Source: Setoptus koraiensis
Lineage: Eukaryota > Animalia > Arthropoda
Length of the DNA stretch: 64,000 nucleotides
Assembly: GCA_048013815.1 (NCBI GenBank)
Contig: CM106586.1
Location: forward strand, 12,772,001 to 12,836,000
Direction of reading: 5' to 3'
Shown piece by piece: positions 12,464 to 25,279 of this stretch; within the stretch, counting starts at the first letter, position 1, and the number at the start of each line of letters is the position of its first letter. Under the pieces are notes generated by a model that searched no databases, was not told the DNA's origin, and saw only the letters and a program-made list of their open reading frames with translations. The position numbers and the translations under genes are program-made.

Positions 12464-15400
12464 CTAGTGAGTAAAATCTTGACTTTGCATCAATCTAAAA
12501 TAAATTCCTTTGTTGCCCAACGCCATCAGCTGATCATGAGTACCTATCTCGGCGATTTTGCCCTTCTCTATGACGGCTATCTGATCTGAATCTCTAACAG
12601 TAGACAACCTGTGCGCAATCTTGATACAGGTGCGTCCCTGGCCGGCGGCCTCCAGGGCCTGATTGACCAGGGCCTCACTTTCGGTGTCTAGGGCACTGGT
12701 GGCCTCGTCCAGAATCAGTATGACCGGCTTTCTGATCATTGTTCTGGCGATTGCAATGCGCTGTTTTTGACCTCCGGACATTTGAACTCCGCGCTCGCCA
12801 ACCTGAGTGTTATAACCCTCGGGCAAACTCTCGATGAAGCCGTGTATATTGGCCAATTTGGCCGCCTCAACAATATCATTAAAACTGTACTGTCTTTCCG
12901 TCAGACCATAGGCTATGTTTTCGCGTATTGTCGCCCTAAATAAAACAGGCTCCTGGCTGACAATGCCCACATTTTGTCGTAAATGATTTATATTGACACA
13001 TCTGATATCGTGATGGTCTATCATCACGGTGCCCTTATCCGGATCGTAGAAGCGCAATAATAGCTGAGCCAGAGTGGATTTGCCACAACCGGACGCGCCC
13101 ACCAGAGCCACCGTTTGACCCGCCTTGATAGTAAGATTTAAATTTTCCATGACCGGCGTTTCCAACCGTGTTGGATACCTGAAGAATATATTCTGAAAGG
13201 TCACCGAGCCCTTGAATGATGGCTTATTACCGCCTCTGCCCAAGTTGTCGATTCTGGGATGGCTCTGCAGCAGTTTCATGATCATGCCCACAGCGTAATT
13301 GGCCTTGTTTATGTCACCAGAGAATGCGCCCCACTGACCGACGGCCACCGCCGTAAAGGCTATAGAGAAGAATACCCGAAACACGTCTATGGGCTCCATT
13401 TCTTGCCGGGCCATTAAGAAGGCGCCATAACGGAAGGCCGCGCCGTAGACAAAATATATGGCACTTTGCGACAGTCCATAAACTAAACCAAATCTGCGTG
13501 CTGCCGCAACGCTCTCTTTGTAGGGCGCGCTGAGGGCTCCTTCGAATTTAGATATGAAATGCTTCTCTTGGCCAATGGCCTGAATCAATTTCACATGTTC
13601 CACACACTCGGTAGCTAGCCGGCTGGCCTCCTCCATTCGTTCGGCAGTTTCGGCGCGTCTGCCGCGTTGCATTCGCATTTGTATATAGCCTACATAGATG
13701 AGCACGGGTAGTGCCGCTGTTAACAGAAATGCCAATTTCCAACCAATAAGAAAGGATATAATTAATGAGGCAGCCACGGTTGCCGATGCCGATGTGAGCG
13801 TGATGAAGCGTGTATTAATAATTGACTTAATTTGTGGTACGTCCGACGCAAGTCTTGTAGTTAGTCGCTGAGGTGAGTGGCGCTCATTGTCGAACCAGCC
13901 AACGTGCTGACGTAACATTACTGTAAATGATTCGTTACGTAAGCGTTCTGTCATCAATTCAATGGCGCGCGCTACCAGGTATAGTCTGAGAAAAAATATA
14001 ACGAATGTAGCGCAACCTAGCACAACAAACATTATGGCCCAAAATGAGCCGGCAGACAGTAATTCGTCACCAGTTTTTGTTAAGGTATCAAATATCTGGG
14101 CATAGAATAATGCAAACACCGGCATCACAGCGCCGGACAGTGTTGATGCAAACGTTCCAAACATAAGGATCACTAATTCGGGCCGGAGCAATTTGACTAT
14201 GTCTTTTAGTGTAGGATCCTCAACAATATCATCGTCCTCATTCATGGGGGCCTTAAGAGATTCGAAAGGGCTTAGCGACATCCCTCTCAGGCTTTTCATT
14301 GGCGAGACAGATCGCGACTTTAGGAAGGATAGCCGCCGCTCATCGTCGTCGGCATCTTTGTTTGTAATTTCGTCGTCGTCGTCTTGCTCAAATACCTGAT
14401 TTGTCACCAGGCCGAAATAGTGCTGTTTGGCGGCCATGAGCTCGTCGTGACGGCCCATCTCTAGTAATTCGCCCTGATCCATGACACAAATTAGATCGGC
14501 ATCACGAATGGTGGACAAACGATGCGCTATAACAATGGTTGTGCGACCCTGACGGGCCCTGTTCAACGCTGACTGAACCATGGCCTCACTCTCCGAATCC
14601 AGCGCACTTGTGGCCTCGTCCATGAGCAATATCTTCGGATCGGCCAAAAGCGCTCTCGAAATTGCAATCCTTTGCTTCTGACCTCCCGACATTTGGTGGC
14701 CTCGATCGCCGCATCGGGTGTTGTATCCTTCGGGCAAGTTTATTATGAAATCGTGGGCATTTGCCAGCTTGGCCGCCTTTACGACCTTGTCGTAGGTTAT
14801 GTCCGCCTCTTGGCTGGCGCCCAGGGCAATGTTATCAAATATCGAACAATCAAACAGAGCCGGCTCTTGCTCCACCATTCCTATTAGCGATCTGAGCCAG
14901 GCAACGTTCAAGTCGCACAAGTTACACTGGTCCAAGTAAATAGCACCATTGTCCGGGTCATAGAAACGAAGCAACAGGTTCATAACTGTGCTCTTGCCGG
15001 AGCCCGTTTTCCCGCATATAGCTACGGTTTGACCCTGGTTAATTTCCAAATTAAAATTTTTCATCACAGGCAACGTCTTTCTAGATGGATAACTGAATGT
15101 CACGTTGTCAAATTTGATATTTGCCGTCACTTTAGCCAATCTTAGGCCACGATCGGTGGAGGCATCAATGCGGGATTTTGAATCGATTATTTCATAAATT
15201 AACGACGCCGACGATGTACCCATTATAATGGTCTGCAAAGGCGGTATAATATTGCCTAATGCTGAGGCTCCCATCATGACAGCCATGAGAACGGCCATGG
15301 CTGAGCCAGCGTCTAATTTTTGCTCGGCCAGCAGGTTAACACCAACCCACAATGCCAACCCGTAAGCCGAATAAAGCACCAGCATGTTTCCCCCAACTAG

Positions 15401-16333
15401 AAGCGATATCTTCAAGTATTTTGAGTCGGCCATGAGTCTTCCTTCTCGAAGCTTTTCCGCGAATCTCTTTATTTCGAAACGTTGTCCATTCAAAGAAAAC
15501 ACTGTCCTCACTGCCACTAGTATTTCTTCTGCTATAGCTCCGGCTTTGGCGTATTTTTCCTGTTCTCTTTTGGTCGAAGTGGCCATGATTTTGCCCAGGC
15601 AGGCACTAAATAAGGCCAACAGTGGCGTGCAGAGCATGATGGCGAGAGTGAGTCTCCATGACAGAATGAAACCAACAACAAAACCCGATATGAACGAGGA
15701 AAAATATTTGATGAGCAAACTGAACTGTTCGCCCATTCCATCATGTATCCTTTCAATGTCATCGTTGAGTTTGGTGGCCAAGTCTCCTGATTGATGTAAA
15801 TCGAACCATGACAACTCTTGGCGTAGGACCGACTTGAAAAAATTCTTCCTTATTCTGTGTGTTTGCCTCTCACAGGTGGTTTGCCAACAGGTGATTTGAA
15901 TTAATGAGGAAATGTAAACTAATATGCCGAGAAATACGTATAACAATGCATACATACTCATGGTGGATTCAAATGCAGCGGGATCCACTCCTGGTGCTGT
16001 GACATTTGCTGTGGTTGTTGTATTGGCGAAACCATTTTGAACTGTAGAGACTAGAGTATTGGTCATGCCGCCGAATATAAGCGCCATCGCTGGTATTCCG
16101 GCGCCCTCCAAGATGGCGAACATGGCTCCGATGGTCATGAGAAGTTTGTCGCAGCAAGTAGCAAATCTAAATAGGCCGAATATTGAAACGGGAGAGTTGG
16201 AGGGGGCTCCGTCTATTGCGTCTGTGGTCCGTTGAAGGTACCCATCGGGGTCGTTTTCGTTATCGCCAACATCGAGTTCGCTCCCATAATAGTTGTTTCG
16301 TTCTTTTTTTTTATCAATCAACGGCTCAAACAT
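12464..16333 (-). CDS. ABCB1: ABC transporter subfamily B full transporter (P-glycoprotein/MDR1-like), 1289 aa, intronless
   Basis: Single ORF, ATG to TAG, TMD-NBD-TMD-NBD. Walker A GKTGSGKST and GASGCGKST; signature MSGGQKQRIAI twice; Walker B/D-loop (L/M)DEATSALD twice; H-loop IAHRLST twice. The symbol is family-level. Confidence 0.97.
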   Translation of the reverse strand: MFEPLIDKKKERNNYYGSELDVGDNENDPDGYLQRTTDAIDGAPSNSPVSIFGLFRFATCCDKLLMTIGAMFAILEGAGIPAMALIFGGMTNTLVSTVQNGFANTTTTANVTAPGVDPAAFESTMSMYALLYVFLGILVYISSLIQITCWQTTCERQTHRIRKNFFKSVLRQELSWFDLHQSGDLATKLNDDIERIHDGMGEQFSLLIKYFSSFISGFVVGFILSWRLTLAIMLCTPLLALFSACLGKIMATSTKREQEKYAKAGAIAEEILVAVRTVFSLNGQRFEIKRFAEKLREGRLMADSKYLKISLLVGGNMLVLYSAYGLALWVGVNLLAEQKLDAGSAMAVLMAVMMGASALGNIIPPLQTIIMGTSSASLIYEIIDSKSRIDASTDRGLRLAKVTANIKFDNVTFSYPSRKTLPVMKNFNLEINQGQTVAICGKTGSGKSTVMNLLLRFYDPDNGAIYLDQCNLCDLNVAWLRSLIGMVEQEPALFDCSIFDNIALGASQEADITYDKVVKAAKLANAHDFIINLPEGYNTRCGDRGHQMSGGQKQRIAISRALLADPKILLMDEATSALDSESEAMVQSALNRARQGRTTIVIAHRLSTIRDADLICVMDQGELLEMGRHDELMAAKQHYFGLVTNQVFEQDDDDEITNKDADDDERRLSFLKSRSVSPMKSLRGMSLSPFESLKAPMNEDDDIVEDPTLKDIVKLLRPELVILMFGTFASTLSGAVMPVFALFYAQIFDTLTKTGDELLSAGSFWAIMFVVLGCATFVIFFLRLYLVARAIELMTERLRNESFTVMLRQHVGWFDNERHSPQRLTTRLASDVPQIKSIINTRFITLTSASATVAASLIISFLIGWKLAFLLTAALPVLIYVGYIQMRMQRGRRAETAERMEEASRLATECVEHVKLIQAIGQEKHFISKFEGALSAPYKESVAAARRFGLVYGLSQSAIYFVYGAAFRYGAFLMARQEMEPIDVFRVFFSIAFTAVAVGQWGAFSGDINKANYAVGMIMKLLQSHPRIDNLGRGGNKPSFKGSVTFQNIFFRYPTRLETPVMENLNLTIKAGQTVALVGASGCGKSTLAQLLLRFYDPDKGTVMIDHHDIRCVNINHLRQNVGIVSQEPVLFRATIRENIAYGLTERQYSFNDIVEAAKLANIHGFIESLPEGYNTQVGERGVQMSGGQKQRIAIARTMIRKPVILILDEATSALDTESEALVNQALEAAGQGRTCIKIAHRLSTVRDSDQIAVIEKGKIAEIGTHDQLMALGNKGIYFRLMQSQDFTH

Positions 16334-16447
16334 TTTATTTTTAATTGATTCAATTAATTACTATCACTAATATAATTTATCACTGATATATTGACTAATA
16401 ATGCGGATATGTGACTAGTTCGTCGTGAGGAGTAGCGACCTACTAAC

Positions 16448-16688
16448 GTTGTCATCAGGACAATCTTGTAACAATCGCAAACATAAGTTTTGGTGCAGCG
16501 CTAGGGGGTGAAAGTAGCGCGTTTCGCCCCTGCGCACAACAGCACTATTTTAAAACGAGCAGAACATCACGGTGGCACTTCGAAAATTCGCGCTCTGTTG
16601 TGCGCAGGGGAACGAATGCGCTACTTCCACCCCTGCACCATATAAATATTTATGTTTGCGATCACAACAAGATGGTTATGTTGACAAC
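16448..16688. mobile_element. Palindromic MITE-like element
   Basis: Nested inverted repeats: GTTGTCA/TGACAAC, ATCGCAAACATAA/TTATGTTTGCGAT, CCCCTGCGCACAACAG/CTGTTGTGCGCAGGGG. Shares internal sequence (AAATTCGCGCTC-GTT-TGCGCA-GG...GCGCTACT) with the MITE at 30476-30658. Confidence 0.8.
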
Positions 16689-19600
16689 ATTGGTGGGCCG
16701 CAACTTGTCTAGGCGCCACTGTAATCACGACGGCATCGATGCGACGACGTCGTAACTCTACCAAGAGACACGACGTAATCAATAGATCACAAAAACTATT
16801 GTCACCATAGGAATTAGGCGAGATTGTATCAATTATCGACTAAATCGACTTTCACCATGCAGTTGTTAGTACATAGCAGGTACTTGCACCGTGTATGACA
16901 CCGTGACACAAGTAAACAGATCTTGGCAAGATGTGGCAGCTGCTACCGATCTCTTCTTTTTTCCGCTCCATTGTTGTTGTCGTTGTTGTTGTTGTTGCTG
17001 CTCCTGCTGTATATCCGACAGCCGTCCAACAGGTGATAATTAATTATTGCTGTTGCAGCACAATCGATCACGAATCATGCAAATGCCCGATCAAAATCAA
17101 ATTCAATTTTGCTCGCCTCGAAAGTTTCTTGTGACTCTGATGACTTTCGTCTTTGTTACCCTTTTTTTTTCCAATTTTCCCAGTATCTGCTGTCTTTTTC
17201 TGGTTATTTCATTATTAGATTCACATCAACTGCGACCACTGTGAACTATGCACCGTGCGCCATGGTGCAGGTCATAAATTTAACTCTTGCCCTTAGGTGT
17301 TGGCATGTGACTATTATTATTAGAGGATACAGATAAGATAGAGAGAAACGGAGCGAAAGCGGCCGGCCAGATAAGAAATAGCAGTGAAAGTAGAATTGGC
17401 TGAGCCGGCTCACCGCCATCAACGATATCTGTCGCTGTTGTAGCTGCTGTTGTCATTTTGATACATTCGCAAGGATTGTCAGGCCTTAAAGGAAATTATC
17501 AGTGTGTTTGTGTGTATTGTTATTATTATTATTATTATTTATATGATGAAACAACAACTATTATCACTGTGTATGTAATGCACACAACGCAGGCGATAAC
17601 AGGAACTAACTTTCTTGCACTTGTTAGAAAGTTGCTGTTGCCGCTGCTGCTGCCGGCGCTGAAGTAATCAGCGGCCGACAGGTAAACTAACGAGCTGGTT
17701 GTCATAATGTCAACAAATGCAACAACTACAGCCATTGTTGGCCTTTGTCGCAGTGTGTGTCTGCTCCACTTGATGCTGGTGTTGTTATCGGCGCCGGTGT
17801 CGGTATCGTTGTCGGTGTCGTTGTCGGTGTTGGTGTTGGTGTTGGTATATCTACTGTGCAATACACAGTTTTTGTCTAGTTTGTCTAGTCTGTAACAAAC
17901 AAGATAAATTGAGCAACATTGACTGCTTATCATTACTGCCGAACCTTCGTTGTTGTCAGTTCAAGACGGACAGCAGCGGTGCAAACATTACACATTGAAG
18001 GTGACTGGGCACACATATTCGGCGGCATACGGTAACGGTTTGTCTGTTTGTTTGTTTGTGGGCCATCGACATTCGCCGATAGGAAGATCATTGGCCAATC
18101 ATGCAAGCCATAGATGCATCCACTGATTACTAGCTAGATTTTACAGGTGAAAACAATTGAGCGACATGCATTCTTGCAACAACCTGACTGTTGGCTGTCT
18201 ACAATGTCGGTCGTCGGCGAGTTGTTGCAAGACTACAACGCTTTTGGCAGGCACTTTTGGTGACTTGTGGGGTATACGGTGGCTTATGGGTTGTACACAA
18301 ACAAGACAGGTTGTCATAGGTGGAGGTGGTCTGCCGGCGAGCGTGATGCAATCCAGCAGAAATGGCAAAGTCGTCAACAAGTGGGCGACTGGCAATCTAT
18401 AACTAATCTAATATCTATTGCAGCAGCGGCGCTATTAGGCGGCTGGCGTTTGGAACACACAGTGTGAGTGTTAGATAAAACCACAAGAAAGTATTAGGAT
18501 GGTCCCCTGTCGGCCAAATTGGGCGCACACAGGTAGACGGGTAGACAGTTAGACAGGTGAACAAGCGGACAGGTGAACAAGCGGACAGGTGAGCGGTTGC
18601 AAGTTGGCGAGATATGCAAAGTTTGTTGCTGCTTGCCGGTGGCTAATAGCAAACCGGCTAGTTGTGTTGAGCTAGCGATACGATATGACATGAACTGTTT
18701 TTACCCGGGCAATATTAGGCTGCCGCTAGCGCCAATCAATGCACCAACTGGCCTATTGACACTGGCCTAGCCAGTTACAGGTGACAATTTACATTTTGAC
18801 ATGCAAATAAAACAACTGTCAGCACGGCACACAACGGAACTAGTCTACATATGTAATAATCATATCACTTCGATCTGACATACTCAACGCACACATCGTA
18901 GGAAATACACAAATTGTGCTTTTTTCAACCCTTCGGGAGTGGCCAACTGCAAACTGCAAACTGCAAACGGCAAAAGGCAGCCCGTTGCCCGCTGCCCGTT
19001 GGCTTCGCTGGCCGCCGATGGCTGCCTAAGTAACTCGAAAACTTTTACTATTATTGCTGTGGCAATGTGTATTGATCATGGCACTTATTTGGTCTGGTCA
19101 ACTTGGCATTATTGTGTTACTGTTAGTGAGTATCAGCAACAGCAATGTATGTATAGATGGAGCTGTTTGCATCGTGTCTAGGTGACAGACATTTTTCTTC
19201 AATTCAGTTCGTCTATTTCATGCCAACAAAACAACCGCCGCCATTTTATTTGGTCCTCCTTCTCTCTCTCTCTCGCTCTCTCTCACTCTGTCTGTCTAGC
19301 CAAAAGTCGAGCGCCTGAATTGCGTGAATGGAATGGTGGGGAATTAGTCGCCGTCAATAAGTCAGTTGCTCTACTAACAGAGATAGACGACGCCGAGAAT
19401 AATAGAACAATGTGCCTTTGAACAAATAGAAATAGTAATAATAATAATATTGTGATTCAACCCACAACATGAAGATGAGAGAAAAAGAAATGATAAGATG
19501 AAAAAAGTGATTTTCATTTTTCTTTATTCTTCAACTCAACATCCAACGACAACAACGACGACGACTACGACCAAAAGAACGTCAACGACAACAGCAGCAA

Positions 19601-20781
19601 CAACAACAACAACAACAACGGCCACTTGCATCACATCGACTGGCATCATTATTTACACGACATGATGGTCTTGTTGACTTGCTACCAATATCTCACTGCC
19701 AACGAGTCTATCCAGTAACTAGTTCAAAATTTTGTAAAATTTAAGTTTGTGCACCGCAACCAGTAAGCTACCACTAAACTATCTGTCAACTTTTGTCAAC
19801 ATTTTGTTTCTTTGTTTGTCATGTGCTTATAGCTTATGCTGAACAATAATAGTGTACAATAACAGTGTGCAACAATAGTGAAAAATATAGGATAGATGAG
19901 TTAGTGGCCTTCATCGGAGACCCAATAGACGCCACAACAACATATCTACATCTAGCACTCATCTTACGTCACATAGAATAGGTGTTTAATCGCTTTTAGG
20001 TTAAATTGTGTGTAATAAATAATGATTTGCATATGTCGCAATGACTCCACTACTGAAGGGAGCCGACTGGTTGCAAAATTGCGTCACAAGCCCCATGATG
20101 ACGAACTACAAGTATCTTCGGAGGCGCAAACTAGCACAATGACTAGCTTAAATTCATCGTGCCACACGTAAGTAAGAGCAAAAATAATTTCATTAGCTTA
20201 AATTTTAGTTTATTCAAGTTGAGCGAATCATTAGTTTATCAAATTGGTAAATTAAATCAAATTTGTATTTAGCAGTTAGAAATCCTCATCGGCTTGAAAT
20301 TTATTTAAATCATGAGTTGTCCGCAAAGCAAGGCGAGTTCGAGTAGCGAGCCTCCCAATTAAAAGTTCCTCATTTTCGCCCGCATCACATAATCCACTGG
20401 ATGTTGCAATGTCAGACTAGACTCGATTCGTGCAATATTACCTAACACAGCAAACAATTTAATCGTTTGATTCACTAACAAACAACAATTGATTATTTTG
20501 TCCACAGTAATTCCAAACGAAATCCATTAGCAGCAGCAGCCCGTTTGCAGTGGAAGAATGGAGCCAAATGTGGATGCCCCGCTTACACTAACGGGTCAAT
20601 TACATGTACATTAGTGCCATCATTAATTAGACCAGACAACGACATCATCATCAACAACAACAACAACAACACCCAATATGCCAAAGAAATTTTCGCCAAT
20701 AGATCACGATCCTATCAATTAACAAGAAGCAGCAAACAACAATCATTAACTAGATTCGCAAGTCAAACTACCGTTGCTCCA

Positions 20782-22127
20782 ATGATAGTATTGTTACTAT
20801 ATTTGTTCGTCAACTTGGCAACAAGTGACAAGATATCAGCAAAGAATTCTTTGCAATATTTCAAGAACGACATTGAAAGGATTTCTGCAGTAGTGAGCTT
20901 GCAGCATCCGTATGCATCATCCGCTTCATATCAGACTCAAGACAGCAACGACAACCAAAGACTAGAGCACATAAACTTAAACTTGAACAGTGTTGATAGC
21001 CAGCGATACGCCAATCAACTAGGCGACAGCGTAATCGTGAGAGATCGTCGATCCAGGCAACAGCAATTTGTTGTTGATAATTATAATAATAATTTGCAAC
21101 AATCACAACCGGTGCACAGCAACTCAACTAACCAAACCGAAAGAAGATTAATCGACCATCGTATGCCATCAATAAACTATTCAAAATATTCTCTGTGGCG
21201 CACGCCACCAACCACAACTCTCATTGACGTTCCTAAAGATGAAATTGCGGCCGTCCAATTGCGTCGATCGTCACAGAGCGATTTGCACAACAACAACAGC
21301 AACGACAACAACAACAACAACAACATTGCTATTACGCAATCTTCGCAGTCACCTGTCGAGGCGTCATCGGAACATAATCACTCTAGTCTCATTACAACGG
21401 TTAGCAGTGGCAAGGGTGATGTGTCGATGGCGCCCAGCAACCGAAACACTCTCGTTGCCAATATGACAAATTTGGCTCACCAGCAGCAAGACGACGACAT
21501 CATAGCGGCTGCCCCCTTCTTGGAGTCGCCACTCAACTCGGCGGTTGTGTCTTCGTCCCCGTCGCCGTCGATGATGAATGACGGCGACGGCGGCGGCGGC
21601 CAAGATGGCCAGCAGGAATACGGCAAGAAAGTGCACAAGACGACGCTGACAAAATCTCAACGCGGTGACTCAATTGAGGACGCCACGACACACGATCGCA
21701 ACGGATCAAACGGGCGATCTGTGGCGGGCCCCGGCGCCGAGGAAGCATTGACTCGACTGTCGTCCGACAATCAGCCCGTTCAACGTGAGAACGCCAAAAA
21801 GAGAAGAGACGGCGATTTGGAGGCATTCCTAGAGAATATGAACCATATGGAACTTAGAGCGGCCGCTTTCGGACGGCCGCTGCCCAATTCGTTCCTCGAG
21901 AAACCCCTGCAAGAGTCGCCTCAAAAAGTCGCCGTTTCCGCCGGCACCGCCAGCACAATTGCTGAAGAGGGCGCCGGGGGCCTGACTCGCATGCAAAGTC
22001 ACCATCATCATACCAACCACCATCATGCTCTGTATCACCAGCAGAGCCGTCACAAACAGAGCAGGGAGTCTTATTCGGATTGCGCTCTCATATTGCAGCG
22101 AACTTACGTAAGAAACACCAATCACAA
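20782..22127 (+). CDS. Heme peroxidase exon 1: signal peptide plus long N/Q/S/H-rich extension
   Basis: ATG at 20782 opens MIVLLLYLFVNLATS (signal-like), in frame with the 528-aa ORF. The exon ends at strong donor AA|GTGAGT (phase 2), which joins acceptor CTAG|A at 25280 to give CALILQRTYVRNTNHK-NDIPYGKTEQAC. The splice is inferred. Confidence 0.65.
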
Positions 22128-25100
22128 GTGAGTAGACAATAGACTAGACACAGATAACTGTAATTGTAGTGACAGTCAGTGGTCATTGGCCATTGGCATT
22201 CCATTTAATGGTTGTCGTTGCTGTCATTTGCGTTGTTGCCAGCGCAACGCGATCTGTGAGCACAAAACTGACCACAAAACGGAAGGTCATCGTATCAATG
22301 ATACACGATGCACGATGTGATGACCTCCCAGTGTCTGGCAAACTATAACGCACATTATTACATATATATATCATTATATAATATATGAATGACACATTGC
22401 GAGCGAGCGACATATCATGAAGGACGGGCGCCATTATCTGTCAACGGACAACCTGTGTGAGACAATTTAATAACAGGTGACAATAAGCCGTTTGTGAGCG
22501 CCATTGTGCACTGTTTATCGGCGGCTTCGCAGCAGTCGCAAACCGCAAAATATATTTAAATTCGCAAGGTGCCAACAAGTGGCCAAGTGGACAATAAACC
22601 AAAAAAAAGAAAAGAAGAAAAAAATGAGCGCTGCCGAGCGGTCGACACAATTTGACAACTGCGACAAGTGGCGCAACGGACAAGGCGAAAGTCAATGGCG
22701 AACAAACGGGAGCAAAAGATGAAAGTGACCATTAAAATAATTGACTATGGCAATAAATGATTAGATTGAGACCGCGCTGCAAAATAGCAAATCGGCCGGC
22801 CGGATCGAATTGTGGTGCCCTGTCAACGGCGGCAAATAATGCGCTCCGTCCGTCCGTCCGTCCGGCATTGGCAATTTGCTCACTTTCGCTCAAACGTCGG
22901 CCGTGTTATGTTAAGTGGCGAGAGTGAGACCAGACGACAAAATGGCTTCGATCGAAATTCCATCTGTTTTTTGCTCTCGTTGCCGGCGTTGTCGTCGCTG
23001 TCGTTGTTGGCGCTGTCGCTGTTGTTGTGGCGTCAAAATGCATATATACTGACCATGCCAGACAATTGCGTAACCAGTGTGTTATTTGCTCGACGCGATT
23101 CACGGACTGTGTGTGTGTGTCGGTGGCAAATAATGCATTGCATGTTGTAATTACATGTGCGCAACAAGTACAACAATTTCCGAAACAAACATACCCGACC
23201 TGACTAACATCTCGTTCAATCTCGGCCAATGATGCAATCGAGTCTATCGGTGGCGCGCGATTATTATCAACCAAACCGATATAAGTAAAGTGGCTGCTCT
23301 TGATTTGACGTCACTCGTTGTGTAACAGTTGCACAAGATCACGATCGTGAGAAGAGCCGGCCAAGGCAACATTGTTTGCCGGTTGGCCATCCGGCCATCC
23401 ATTGAGCCAGCCGGCCATCAATCGAAAGCGAACCAGTTGTGCAAAAACGGTGTAAAAACGGCTCAATGGTGGCGGCTCGCACGGCCACTTGTTGCCAATC
23501 ATGAAAAGTGAGCGCGGAGCCCCGATTATTATATCAATCGGTCATCAACTCATCAACTGTTGTCAATACCCGTTGTGCCGTTTTTACACCGTTTTTGTGC
23601 CGGGACGCCCTCACAGGAAGCTGCCGAGAGGCCGATTGTGCCGGCGTCAGCATTATTTATTGTGCCGGCGTCAGCATTATTTATTGTGCCGGAGTCGGCT
23701 GACTATTAATTATATTATGAATAGAGTCGCTGCATGTGCCACAAGTCAATCGGCTACGAGTCAACCGGCTGCGATCGGCCGCTCGATTGCGTTGCCGCAT
23801 GACCACTGTCATTACGTCACAGCCCAAGACTCATAGCCTATGAGTCACAGGCTAATCTGGCCAGGCCGGACAGCCGCAAACTGACCCGACCGAGCGACTG
23901 AAACAATGCAGCCAACAACGCGCCATGAGTCGACGCCGGCTGTCGGCCCGGCGGAGACTGAAACTGAAACAAATATCCGCTCTCTCTTTGTTCGCTTCGC
24001 TACTTGGCCGCTGCCGGCGAGAGGACAATAATTACAATAATTATGGCAGCACAATTGATTGAGTTTGGGCTAGTTAGGAAACACTTAGCCTCTTGCCTTG
24101 GTCGTCCGGCCTGCACAGTGGCCCTGCAGCAGCCAATCAACACCGGCCGCCGGCTTGCCAAGCGGCATTATTGTGCCCGCCGTCTATTACACCTTGGCCA
24201 GCTCACCTGTTGCCGTCAGCGGCCTGTCAGCGCCGTAATGACAGCCGTTATCCCTGGCACACACACACACACACACACATGCCAGTGTTAAAATTATCTC
24301 TCAAATAGATCGATGGCCGGCGGAGATAACGACGACGGCGCCGACAGGCATCGCTGGCTTGTGTGCGAACAATTATTGTCCGGCGTTCGCTTTCGCGGGC
24401 TTCTCTCGGCCGGCTTCTGTCGGCCGGCTTCGTTTGCGCGCCGGCGTGCGATTGTCGAGCGGACGACAACAATGATGTGGCTCGTCGTTGTTGCTCTTTG
24501 TTGTTGCTCTTTGTCGAGCGCGGCCGGCGGACAGCAAATGCAAATGAGCCGGTGACAATGTTTTCTCTCTCCTTTGCCCGCGTCGCTGCATGTTTGCGCA
24601 AGTGTCGGTTCTCTGGAGAACCACACTCAACACTGAGATTTGCAACAGCAAATAACAGTCTGGTCTCATCCGAACGAGCGAGCGGCAATTGATTGGGCGA
24701 GCGAATTGATCGCGGGCGACGTTCGAGCTTCTTCGCCAAGACAACTCTCACTATCGTCTGCTCACTATCGTCTGACGTTGATCGGGGGCACAGACACTTT
24801 CAACAACAAGCGGCCAGCATGTTCTCTTTGGCCGCACACTTGTTGTCAGCGGCTGTCACGCAACATCCGCCGGTCGGCATTGTATGCAACGGGTTGCCGG
24901 TTTGACGGGTCCGAGCGGCGAAGTGGCAACGCGCGCTTCCATGTCGCCGCCGTTCGTGACACTAACCCAGTTTATTGGCCGCTTTACCTGCCCAATCAAG
25001 CCCACCAGCGCTTGCCACCTGCAAGCGCTTCCGCTGCCGCCCACGCACTCTCTCCTCAAGATGACAGCTCAACAGCGAGCTCGCTTACGCGATGCCTTCA

Positions 25101-25279
25101 ATCAGCTGCTCACGTACTGTTCGGCCGGCTTGCGCAACATTAGGCTGGCTTGCGACAGCACGGCTTACGTAAGAGCGGCTGTTGTTATATAACAATTATA
25201 CTAACTACCGTTATGCTTCCTTTGTATCGTTTGTGTGCTCTGTATCATGCCATTTGTGTCCTTTGTGTCGCTTGTCTAG

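Noticed and set aside
13548-16157. Short ORFs overlapping ABCB, the peroxidase exons and the gag-pol-env ORF
   Set aside because: Antisense or alternate-frame shadows of well-supported coding sequence.
16925-16946. miR-31-like sequence TGGCAAGATGTGGCAGCTG
   Set aside because: Needs three deletions relative to miR-31 and has no complementary arm nearby.
22800-25060. Many overlapping ORFs inside peroxidase intron 1
   Set aside because: GC-rich low-complexity sequence, non-ATG starts, no family motifs.
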